A DNA stretch of 64,000 bases, taken from positions 19,544 to 83,543 of the forward strand of contig CBDCIS010000009.1 in the NCBI GenBank assembly GCA_965217565.1, read 5' to 3'. The position numbers were made by a program, and so were the translations under genes. The notes beneath the pieces are model-generated. The model saw only the letters and a program-made list of their open reading frames with translations, did no database searches and had not been told where the DNA came from. This DNA comes from Dehalococcoidia bacterium. GTDB taxonomy: Bacteria > Chloroflexota > Dehalococcoidia > Lucifugimonadales > CATOSD01. Shown here one piece after another: positions 28,276 to 37,128 of the stretch (its first letter is position 1; each line of letters opens with the position of its first letter).

Positions 28276-29126
28276 GAGGGTGTGTGAGAAGTTCAAATTA
28301 GGTTGGTGCTAAGCGTCGGAGCATGAGATGAATCATAGCTATATGGGTCCACGCCTCGGTTGTATCGGACAGAGCTTCGTAGTCCTTGCTCATCCGACGG
28401 CACCTGCTGAGCCACGCGAATGTTCGTTCGACCACCCATCTTCGCGGCAGCACTTGAAAACGGTGGCTGTCCCTGGGGCGCTTGACAATCTCGAGTGCCC
28501 AGCCTGTCAGGGCCCAGACCCACTCGACCAGCTTTCCAGCATAGCCAGCATCGGCCCAGACCAACCTCATGCGGGGAAACCTCCCTATCAATTTATCGAT
28601 GACCAGCTTCGCCCCATCCCTATCCTGGATATTGGCAGGATGCACCACCACCGCCAGCAGCAACCCCATGGTATCTACAATGATATGTCGCTTTCGACCG
28701 TTGACCTTCTTGCCAGCGTCATAGCCACGAGGCCCCCTTTTTCCGTAGTCTTGACCGACTGGGGCTGTCTATGATAGCAGCGCTAGGTGTCGGGTTCCTC
28801 CCCTCGGCCTGCCGGACCTTGACTCGGAGAGCGTCATTGGCTCGTTCCCATGTACCATCCTCTCTCCACTCCCGAAAATACCACCATACAGTACCCCAAG
28901 GCGGGAGGTCATGCGGCATGGCTCGCCACGTGCAACCGTTGCGCAGAACGTATAGAATGCCGTTGACGACTTCCCGCAGGTCTACAGTACGTGGCCTTCC
29001 CCCAGTTTTGGCTGCCGGGAGTAGCGGAGCGAGCATCTTCCACTGTTCATCAGTCAGGTCACTGGGGTATGCTTTGCGTTTCATGCCTCCATTCTAATAC
29101 ATATCCAAGACTTCTCACACACCCTC
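28276..29126 (-). mobile_element. IS5-A, copy 2, inverted relative to copy 1
   Basis: Same 17-bp inverted repeats and identical ORF translations (orfA 28719-29084, orfB 28298-28768). Flanks are TAA (28273-28275) and TTA (29127-29129). Confidence 0.9.
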
Positions 29127-29538
29127 TTAGGCGACGAAAGTAATCCTCACTGAGGTTCCGAGCATTACTTAACCCCAAGTTTCCTAACGCCGTTCCGACT
29201 CTAGTGCGCCGCTCTTCGAGCTCTGATCGAGTCCAAACTCGTGAGGCAAGTTCTGATCCTTCTTGTTCGAACAACGAGGCAAAAATATTATTGCGCAATT
29301 CATCGTTTAAAGACGACACTTCGAATTGTTCCTGGCGAAACACACGTTCCGCCAAAGTCAACACTTGTGATATCGGTAGATATCCTGCCGCAGTCGAACG
29401 CCTAGAACGTTGACGGTAACGAGATTCTCGGTCTTCCGTCCATCGGCGGTTTAAGGGTAAGTACAGAGGGCCGGGCAACTCGCTCAAATGGCGAAGTACG
29501 GTATTATTTCTTCGGTCCTCCAAGAACCTTGAAACTAA
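29127..29538 (-). pseudogene. ABC-type ATPase (AriA-like), fragment 3 of 4
   Basis: VSRFLEDRRNN...SEDYFRRL, lying between the IS630-family and IS5-A insertions. Confidence 0.7.
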
Positions 29539-30705
29539 TACCATTTCATGTTGACGAGGCCGCATAGTGTGCCGGAAGACTTCGCGTTGTGTGTTCGATC
29601 CAACTCCACGCCGTGAGCGACCGCACCCGACCCGGATCAGATTCAAGCTCACTCAGGTAGGCGTCAACCGCCTTCATCTTCTCCTCTATGCTCCCGTATA
29701 TCCTGCCCTCCACCCACCTGCGGACCTCTTGGAAGACCCGCTCAGCGGGATTCAGCTCAGGACTATATGCAGGCTGCACGATCGTTGCCACTCCAACAGT
29801 CCGTACTATCTCACCCCGGTGACCACGCGCTCCATCCCACACCAGGGCCTCGATGTCCGAGTGATGCTTCAGGCCATCGACTGCCACCGCTATAGCCGCA
29901 GACTTCATCGAATCGATCCAACCCCACAACAGCTTGCCCCTCCGAACGTCTACCACCAGGAACAGGTACATCCACTTGTAGACCATCTGCACTCGCTGAT
30001 GCACCTTCACTCCACGACGACCCCACACCCTACGCACCATCCCCCGCAGGCCCACTCGCATCTCATCGGCAAAGCCAAAGGCCGTCTCAGAACTCACGCC
30101 CGCTTCGGCAAGGCAACAACCAAGCCCCCCTTTTTCCACGACTCCTGCGCAGCTACGTCTGCCTTCTCATGACGGCCCCTCGGGACCTTCGGGCTGCATC
30201 CCAACCTCTCAAGCAGACCATAGACGCTGCCCGACTTGTAGCTCACCCCATACTCGGACTCTATCCAGTCCCTGATCTCTCCCGCCGTTCTGAACCGTCC
30301 CGTCGACACCTCCTCGGTCAACTCCTGCTCTTCATCTGTGCTCAGAAAGCGCGGTTTGCCCATGCCTCCCATCTTGTGGGACAACACTCCTTCCACACCT
30401 CCCTCTCTATACCAGCCCACCCACGTCTGTACCGTCCGGTAGTGGACTCCCACCGCTCTTGCCGCCTCACCGAACTGCCATCCCGACCGCACCAGCCACA
30501 GTCCATGGAGTCGAGTACGAAGGCTAGTGTCACGTTCTGCCCGGTAGGCCGCCTTCAGCGCCTCCGGTGTATCCTCCCCATGCCAATCTATTCGAAGCGG
30601 TCGTCCGATCATCTGATACCCTCCAACACTGTATGTCGGCTAGAGCATGGATGAACTATTAGGACATCGCTAGATACTTCCAGGTCTTGTTATCATCAAA
30701 TGGTA
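29539..30705 (-). mobile_element. IS630-family element (IS630-A), 1167 bp
   Basis: Ends are TACCATTTCATG (29539-) and CATCAAATGGTA (-30705). Direct TAA at 29536-29538 and 30706-30708. orfA (30094-30612) is an HTH part; orfB (29546-30139) is a DDE part with LNPAERVF. orfB lies in the -1 frame at an A5G6 run (30125-30135). Confidence 0.85.
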
Positions 30706-31020
30706 TAAGTCGGATGGTTCCTCAACGACACGGGCCGCACTAAAGTGGGTCAGTTCCGGCCTGCTTACGATAGGTATTTCCAATGGGTCATCTATGCCTT
30801 TGACTCTTATCGTTACGGCGTCCTCAGCGCGCTTCGCCGTGACTCTTTGAAATTTTCGCTCCCCAGAGTTGGTATACGCGATGTTGATTTCATCGAACTC
30901 GATACCAGAAAGGAGGTAGGCTGCTGGGATTCCGTCCTGCACGGATGCCGGTGACAGCGCCCAAGCCATCGCATTCAGGATAGATGTCTTACCTGAACCG
31001 TTCACCCCGATGAGGATGTT
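30706..31020 (-). pseudogene. ABC-type ATPase (AriA-like), fragment 2 of 4 (Walker A)
   Basis: NILIGVNGSGKTSILNAMAWAL...EEPSDL; bounded by the IS3 left end and the IS630-A right end. Confidence 0.8.
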
Positions 31021-32348
31021 TGAGGTGGACCCAGAAAACTGGACAGGTGGCTAAGTGAGAGTCCTGCTCCTAAACTAAGGGCAGCTGTTGCTGTCTGGAA
31101 GGAGAAGGACATGGCGCAAGGAAGAAGGAAGCACAGCCCGGCCTTCAAGGCCAGGGTGGCCCTGGATGCGGTGAAGGGGGAGGAGACAGTGGCCCAGTTG
31201 GCCGCCCGGTACGAAGTCCACCCGGGCCAGATTCAAGCCTGGAAGAAGGTCCTGACCGGGGGTGCCGCCGGTGTGTTCGGTAACGGTCAGGACCACAAGG
31301 CCAAGAGGACGCTGCCTTGGTCGCCCGGTTGTACCAGGAGATCGGCCAGTTGAAGGTGGAGCGGGATTTCTTGGCGGAGAGGTCCGGTCCATGAACCCGG
31401 CCCGGCGGCGGGAGATGGTGGACCGGGAGCATCCCTCGTTGCCGATAGTGGGACAATGCGCCCTGCTGGGGGTGAGCCGCTCCAGCATATACTACCGTCC
31501 CAAGGGGGCTTCGGAAGAGGAGCTGTCGCTGATGCGGGAGATAGACCGGCAGTAGAAGGCGACCCCCTTCTATGGGTCGCGGCGGATGAAGGTCTGGCTG
31601 GAGCGGCAGGGTATAGTGGTGAGCCGGAAGCGGGTGCAGCGGCTGATGCGTGTCATGGGACTGCGGGCCATCTACCGGCGACCTCGTACCAGCCAACCGG
31701 CGCCGGGAGTGCGGGTCTATCCCTATCTGTTGGGGAAGGCCGAAATCACCAGACCCAACCAGGTGTGGGCCTCAGACATCACCTACCTGCCCATGGCCCG
31801 GGGATTCCTCTACCTGGTGGCCGTCATGGACTGGCACAGCCGGTATGTCCTGTCCTGGCGCCTGTCCAACACTCTGGAGGCAGGCTTTTGCGCCGAGGCC
31901 CTGACAGAGGCGCTGGAGAGGGGAAGGCCGGAGGTGTTCAACACTGACCAGGGGAGCCAGTTCACCAGTCAGGAATTCACCCAGGTCCTTCAGGACCGCG
32001 GTGTGAAGATCAGCATGGACGGGAAGGGAGGTACCAAGACAACATCTTCGTCGAGCGGCTGTGGCGCACGGTGAAGTACGAGGAGGTGTACCTGAAAGCC
32101 TACGCCAGCGCGGGGGAGGCCCGGAGGGAACTGGGAGCTTACTTCCGGTTCTACAATGACCAGAGGCCCCATCAGGCCTTGGGATACAAGACACCCGGGG
32201 AAGTGTTCTCTGAAGACACGGCGCCCCAAAATGAAGAGTCAGCAGCTGAGAGGTGGTCGCCGGAAGCAGACGTGGTATCTTATGCGGGAGCTGCGGGACC
32301 CTCACTTAGCTCCACCTTAATTCTGTCCAACTAGTCGGGTCCACCTCA
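31021..32348 (+). mobile_element. IS3-family element, copy A (degenerate)
   Basis: TGAGGTGGACCC...GGGTCCACCTCA ends. Relative to copy B it has single-nt deletions near 31076, 31306 and 32037 that break orfA and orfB. It shares the in-frame TAG at 31553-31555. Confidence 0.85.
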
Positions 32349-32684
32349 CACCACGCGGGTGCTCTTGCGCCGCAGCATGGACTTGAAGGCGACGGCGTGC
32401 TCGCGCTTTCTGGTGAAGCGGCTGAACTTCCAGACGAGAATCACGTCGAAGGGAGCCTTCGGCTTGCTGCCCTCCTCGATCATCTCCCTGAACTGGGGCC
32501 TGTCGGCGACGCGGCCGCTCTCGGCCTCGTCCACGTACTCGCGGGCCACGGAATAGCCGTTGGCCCTGGCGTAGTCCTTGAGCGCCCGCAACTGGGCGGA
32601 CACGGACAGGTCCACGTCCTGCCGGTCGCTGGACACCCTAGCGTTGAGAGCCGCCTGGGTAAGGGGTTGTACGTGCTTCTTCAT
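32349..32684 (-). pseudogene. serine recombinase, N-terminal resolvase-domain stub cut by IS3 copy A
   Basis: ALNARVSSDRQ catalytic-serine motif; the ORF stop is supplied by the IS terminus. Confidence 0.7.
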
Positions 32685-32725
32685 ATCTTTCTCCCTTGCG
32701 ATGGTTTGTACTGGTGCGGGCTGCT

Positions 32726-33052
32726 CTACTCTTGGGTGGAATAGGCGACGGGGTGGACTTGGAGCCGGAAGCCCAGCACACGCAGCACCCTGAGCACGGT
32801 GTTGAACTCTGGGCTGGCGCCGGCTCGCATAGATTTATAGAGGCTCTCGCGGCCCAGGCCGGTCTCGTGGGCCACCCGTCTCATGCGGTGCGCGCGGGTC
32901 ATTCCCCCCAGGGTGCCCATGATGCGGTTCAGATCGCCCGCTTCCAGGGCCATGTTCAAGGCAGTGGTCATGTCCTCTGCGGTCGCCGGGTATGTCGCTG
33001 GTGTTTCTTTGCTGTCCATCGCCGATTTCACACCGTCGTGAGTTTCGCCCAT
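32726..33052 (-). CDS. HigA-type addiction-module antidote (HTH) protein, no adjacent toxin gene
   Basis: ...MTRAHRMRRVAHETGLGRESLYKSMRAGASPEFNTVLRVLRVLGFRLQV matches the pattern of the antidote family normally found downstream of a RelE/HigB-type killer gene. Confidence 0.6.
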   Translation of the reverse strand: MGETHDGVKSAMDSKETPATYPATAEDMTTALNMALEAGDLNRIMGTLGGMTRAHRMRRVAHETGLGRESLYKSMRAGASPEFNTVLRVLRVLGFRLQVHPVAYSTQE

Positions 33053-33377
33053 ACCCAGCTATAGTATCTGGTTGGATACCTAGTACGTAAGGGGCAACTG
33101 CCAGTCTGAAGCGGAGGGACGAATACTGTGAAAGAACCTCTGTAACACAACCCAACTAGGTGATTGCAAAGATTCAGCGGGAACCTTACCATATGACACA
33201 CAGGCACAGTTCACAGGAACACAGGAGGGGCTTCCTTTCATTCTCGGGCGATTGCGGACCAGTGGGATACAGGGACCACCGCTGTCCGCCAACATAGTCC
33301 GCCCCAAGAAAAACAACCGGCGAGCGATGAGTACAAGGGGAAGCGTTATACCGAAGGCATTACTCAATCACTCTTGT

Positions 33378-33386
33378 TGATATAAT
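33378..33386 (+). promoter_or_regulatory. extended -10 element TGATATAAT
   Basis: TGnTATAAT 31 nt upstream of GTG 33417. Confidence 0.35.
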
Positions 33387-33416
33387 TCGCTCTTCGATTG
33401 CACTAAGGAAGAACAG

Positions 33417-34574
33417 GTGAACGCTATGCATGAAATAAGACGGGTCGGGATAGATGGATTCAGGCGACTACGCGATGTTTCAATTGATATGCGACCGATG
33501 ATGGTAATGGTCGGGGCTAATGGTTGTGGCAAAACATCGTTCATGGACGCTTTGTCGTTACTTGCCTCCTCTGCAGAAGGGGGATTAAATCGACGGCTCA
33601 ATGACATGGGAGGTGCTTCCGAGGCTACTACCCGGGGGCGACACCAGGATATGTCGTTCAGCGCTGATATGGAAGTTCCAGACCATAATCCGCTCAAGTA
33701 CAGTATGAGTATCGCCGCGCAGGGCCATACTTATTCTGTGTCACAAGAATCGCTCACGCAAACCAGACCTGGCTATTCGCAGCCGTTCAAACACATCGAA
33801 TCTACTTATCGAGATATTCGGTACTTCGACACTGAAGAGGGACGTCTCCTCAGACCAAATTGGCAGTTCAATTACTTCGAGTCCTCTCTCTCGCAAGTCC
33901 CAAAGCTGTTCAGGGAAGCGGAGGAATTGAGACGCTCCCTCAGTGCGGTCACCCAGTACCATGTTCTCGACGTGGGAATACGTGCCCCAGTAAAACTACC
34001 TCAGCAATTGCGACCGGTTGATCTCCCAGGTGAAAACGGCGAGAACTTGGTGTCGTTCCTCTTTAATATTCGTGAAACAAACTCCGATAAATACGAGGCA
34101 ATAGAGGATACTTTACGCGTAGCTTATCCAGGCTTTGATTCCCTCAATTTTCCGATAGCGGCCGCTGGGATGATGTCAATGACCTGGAAAGAAAAGGCAT
34201 TTCGGAGTCCCATTTACATTCATCAACTTTCAGAAGGGACGTTACGGTTTCTCTGGTTGATTTCTCTTCTACAGAGTCCAGGCCTTACAACAGTTACTAT
34301 GATAGATGAGCCAGAGGTAAGCCTACATCCCGAATTGCTGGCGATACTCGCAGAGCTAATGCGTGAAGCGTCGCGCAAAACCCAGATAATTGTGGCTACA
34401 CACTCTGACCGCCTAATCCGCTTCCTTGAGACGAAAGAAGTGGTTGTCATGGACATAAAGGAAGATGGAGAGACATCCATGACTTGGGCCGACACGTTGG
34501 ATCTGGATGCGTGGTTGGCAGACTACACCCTGGACGAGGTATGGCAGATGGGAAGAATGGGAGCCAGGGCATGA
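33417..34574 (+). CDS. ABC-type (AAA_15/AAA_21-like) ATPase
   Basis: Walker A GANGCGKTS, LSEGTLR signature-like motif, Walker B MIDEPEVSLHP, VATHSD H-loop. Confidence 0.8.
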   Translation: MNAMHEIRRVGIDGFRRLRDVSIDMRPMMVMVGANGCGKTSFMDALSLLASSAEGGLNRRLNDMGGASEATTRGRHQDMSFSADMEVPDHNPLKYSMSIAAQGHTYSVSQESLTQTRPGYSQPFKHIESTYRDIRYFDTEEGRLLRPNWQFNYFESSLSQVPKLFREAEELRRSLSAVTQYHVLDVGIRAPVKLPQQLRPVDLPGENGENLVSFLFNIRETNSDKYEAIEDTLRVAYPGFDSLNFPIAAAGMMSMTWKEKAFRSPIYIHQLSEGTLRFLWLISLLQSPGLTTVTMIDEPEVSLHPELLAILAELMREASRKTQIIVATHSDRLIRFLETKEVVVMDIKEDGETSMTWADTLDLDAWLADYTLDEVWQMGRMGARA

Positions 34575-35185
34575 AGATAACCTTGATGGTTGAGGGTAAG
34601 ACCGAGAGGGCTTTCCTCCCGCACTTGAGAAATCACCTCCAGCAACAACTGGCTGGAAGGATGCCCAACCTGGACCCGGCCCCGTATCATGGACGAATCC
34701 CTACAGGCGAAAAGCTCGCGAGGACGGTACAGAGATTATTGTCGGGTCGCTACGCTTCAGACCACGTAATAGCTCTGACCGATGTTTACACTGGGATGAC
34801 TCCCGGCGACTTTCTTGATGCAGCGGACGCCAAATCTAAGGTGCGTCAATGGGTTGGTAACGAACCGAGATTCCATCCTCATGCAGCTCAGTACGATTTT
34901 GAAGCGTGGCTACTTCCATATTGGTCTCGAATCCAACAACTAGCAGGTCACAACCGAACAAGACCTAGTGGCTCCCCTGAACAAGTTAACCACACTAACC
35001 CTCCTTCTTATCACATCAGACAAATCTTCCGAAACGGCAGTTGCCGCGACGACTATGTAAAACCCAGAGACGCTGGTCGTATTTTGCGAGAGCAAGACTT
35101 ATCATTAGCAATAAACCAGTGTAGTGAACTAAAAGCCTTAATTGACTCAATCCTGAGAGTTTGCAATGGTATAGCGACACCCTGA
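34571..35185 (+). CDS. DUF4276-like (Toprim-like) protein
   Basis: 204 aa, N terminus MKITLMVEGKTERAFL; ATGA start/stop overlap with the ATPase gene. Family call is from motif pattern, size and the recurrent ATPase neighbourhood. Confidence 0.5.
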   Translation: MKITLMVEGKTERAFLPHLRNHLQQQLAGRMPNLDPAPYHGRIPTGEKLARTVQRLLSGRYASDHVIALTDVYTGMTPGDFLDAADAKSKVRQWVGNEPRFHPHAAQYDFEAWLLPYWSRIQQLAGHNRTRPSGSPEQVNHTNPPSYHIRQIFRNGSCRDDYVKPRDAGRILREQDLSLAINQCSELKALIDSILRVCNGIATP

Positions 35186-35515
35186 GTGGGTTCCGTTTGC
35201 TCACTGCTGGTGGCCATTTTAGGCCCATTCTTGGTAAATCCAATCGGCCCACATCTTCTAAGCGGGCCCCTCAAGGTTAGTGTACCCTCGATGCCCTGAG
35301 AAGGCTAACAGGCTGCCCGGTCGCCCCTCAAAGATGGTTCTGCCTCCGTCCCGACGCGTCACGCTACGGGAATCGCGAGTCCTCGGTGTGTTGACAGGCT
35401 GCCCAGCCACAGCTCGAAGATGGTGGAATCTACCGTACGCGGTGGTGGGCTTATGGGGTAGCACACACATGAGCGCCCCTATGGGAACCTGCTGGATTGT
35501 AAAGGGCGGAGTGAT

Positions 35516-36846
35516 TGAGGTGGACCGAGAAAACTGGACAGGTGGCTAAGTGAGAGTCCTGCTCCTAAACTTAAGGGCAGCTGTTGCTGTCTGGAAGGAG
35601 AAGGACATGGCGCAAGGAAGAAGGAAGCACAGCCCGGCCTTCAAGGCCAGGGTGGCCCTGGATGCGGTGAAGGGGGAGGAGACAGTGGCCCAGCTGGCCG
35701 CCCGGTACGAAGTCCACCCGGGCCAGATTCAAGCCTGGAAGAAGGTCCTGACCGGGGGTGCCGCCGGTGTGTTCGGTAATGGTCAGGACCACAAGGCCAA
35801 GAGCGACGCTGCCTTGGTCGCCCGGTTGTACCAGGAGATCGGCCAGTTGAAGGTGGAGCTGGATTTCTTGGCGGAGAGGTCCGGTCCATGAACCCGGCCC
35901 GGCGGCGGGAGATGGTGGACCGGGAGCATCCCTCGTTGCCGATAGTGGGGCAATGCGCCCTGTTGGGGGTGAGCCGCTCCAGCATATACTACCGTCCCAA
36001 GGGGGCTTCGGAAGAGGAGCTGTCGCTGATGCGGGAGATAGACCGGCAGTAGAAGGCGACCCCCTTCTATGGGTCGCGGCGGATGAAGGTCTGGCTGGAG
36101 CGGCAGGGTATAGTGGTGAGCCGGAAGCGGGTGCAGCGGCTGATGCGTGTCATGGGACTGCGGGCCATCTACCGGCGACCTCGTACCAGCCAACCGGCGC
36201 CGGGAGTGCGGGTCTATCCCTATCTGTTGGGGAAGGCCGAAATCACCAGACCCAACCAGGTGTGGGCCGCCGACATCACCTACCTGCCCATGGCCCGGGG
36301 ATTCCTCTACCTGGTGGCCGTCATGGACTGGCACAGCCGGTATGTCCTGTCCTGGCGCCTGTCCAACACTCTGGAGGCAGGCTTTTGCGCCGAGGCTCTG
36401 ACGGAGGCGCTGGAGAGGGGAAGGCCGGAGGTGTTCAACACTGACCAGGGGAGCCAGTTCACCAGTCAGGAATTCACCCAGGTCCTTCAGGACCGCGGTG
36501 TGAAGATCAGCATGGACGGGAAGGGGAGGTACCAAGACAACATCTTCGTCGAGCGGCTGTGGCGCACGGTGAAGTACGAGGAGGTGTACCTGAAAGCCTA
36601 CGCCAGCGCGGGGGAGGCCCGGAGGGAACTGGGAGCTTACTTCCGGTTCTACAATGACCAGAGGCCCCATCAGGCCTTGGGATACAAGACACCCGGGGAA
36701 GTGTTCTCTGAAGGCACGGCGCCCCAAAATGAAGGGTCAGCAGCTGAGAGGTGGTCGCCGGAAGCAGACGTGGTATCTTATGCGGGAGCTGCGGGACCCT
36801 CACTTAGCTCCACCTTAATTCTGTCCAACTAGTCGGGTCCACCTCA
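35516..36846 (+). mobile_element. IS3-family element, copy B
   Basis: TGAGGTGGACCG...GGGTCCACCTCA ends. orfA is 35607-35891. orfB is in the -1 frame from ATG 35888 to 36832 but carries an in-frame TAG at 36050-36052. Confidence 0.85.
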
Positions 36847-36924
36847 GTTTACACCTGGACGGAAGGATAACTTCAGGTCCAAATACCCATGTAGTTTCTT
36901 GAAATGTGCGGTTCGAATTATCAT
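36847..36924 (-). pseudogene. ABC-type ATPase (AriA-like), fragment 1 of 4 (start codon and first 26 codons)
   Basis: ATG at 36924; MIIRTAHFKKLHGYLDLKLSFRPGVN continues directly into NILIGVNGSGKT at 31020 once the composite unit is removed. Confidence 0.75.
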
Positions 36925-37007
36925 ATATTCACTGTCCTGTTAGCTGTGTTGCCCTCGATTATTTACGAGTTAGAGTTGTATCGCAACATGGCCACTAAAT
37001 TGCCGAA

Positions 37008-37128
37008 CTAGTACCATTTCCAGATGTATTTGATAATATCTCGGCTGCCTTCCACACTGGATTCCCGCTTTCGCGGGAAAGACGGATAGTATTCGATGCC
37101 TGTCATCTTCAAGTAGAAACGGTACTAG
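37008..37128. mobile_element. MITE copy a (~121 bp)
   Basis: Terminal inverted repeats CTAGTACCATTTCCAG / ...GAAACGGTACTAG; internal family-2 REP palindrome at 37061-37080. Confidence 0.7.

Larger units (their letters stand above)
31021..36846 (+). mobile_element. IS3-bounded composite unit (5826 bp) with 3-bp target duplication GTT
   Basis: Directly oriented IS3 copies at both ends. GTT at 31018-31020 and 36847-36849. The sequences outside join into one ATPase reading frame. Confidence 0.75.

Noticed and set aside
277-29126. The two inverted IS5-A copies as ends of a 29-kb composite transposon
   Set aside because: Copy 1 has its own perfect TAA/TAA duplication. Copy 2 is an independent insertion inside the ATPase gene, whose frame is restored by removing that copy alone. 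The enclosed genes are housekeeping (coaE, selA, rarA).
29536-30661. First guess for the IS630-A boundaries (TA at 29536 and 30660)
   Set aside because: That excision leaves the ATPase out of frame with a stop at 30670-30672. The boundaries 29539-30705 give better inverted repeats (TACCATTTCATG / TACCATTTGATG), a TAA direct repeat and an in-frame junction.
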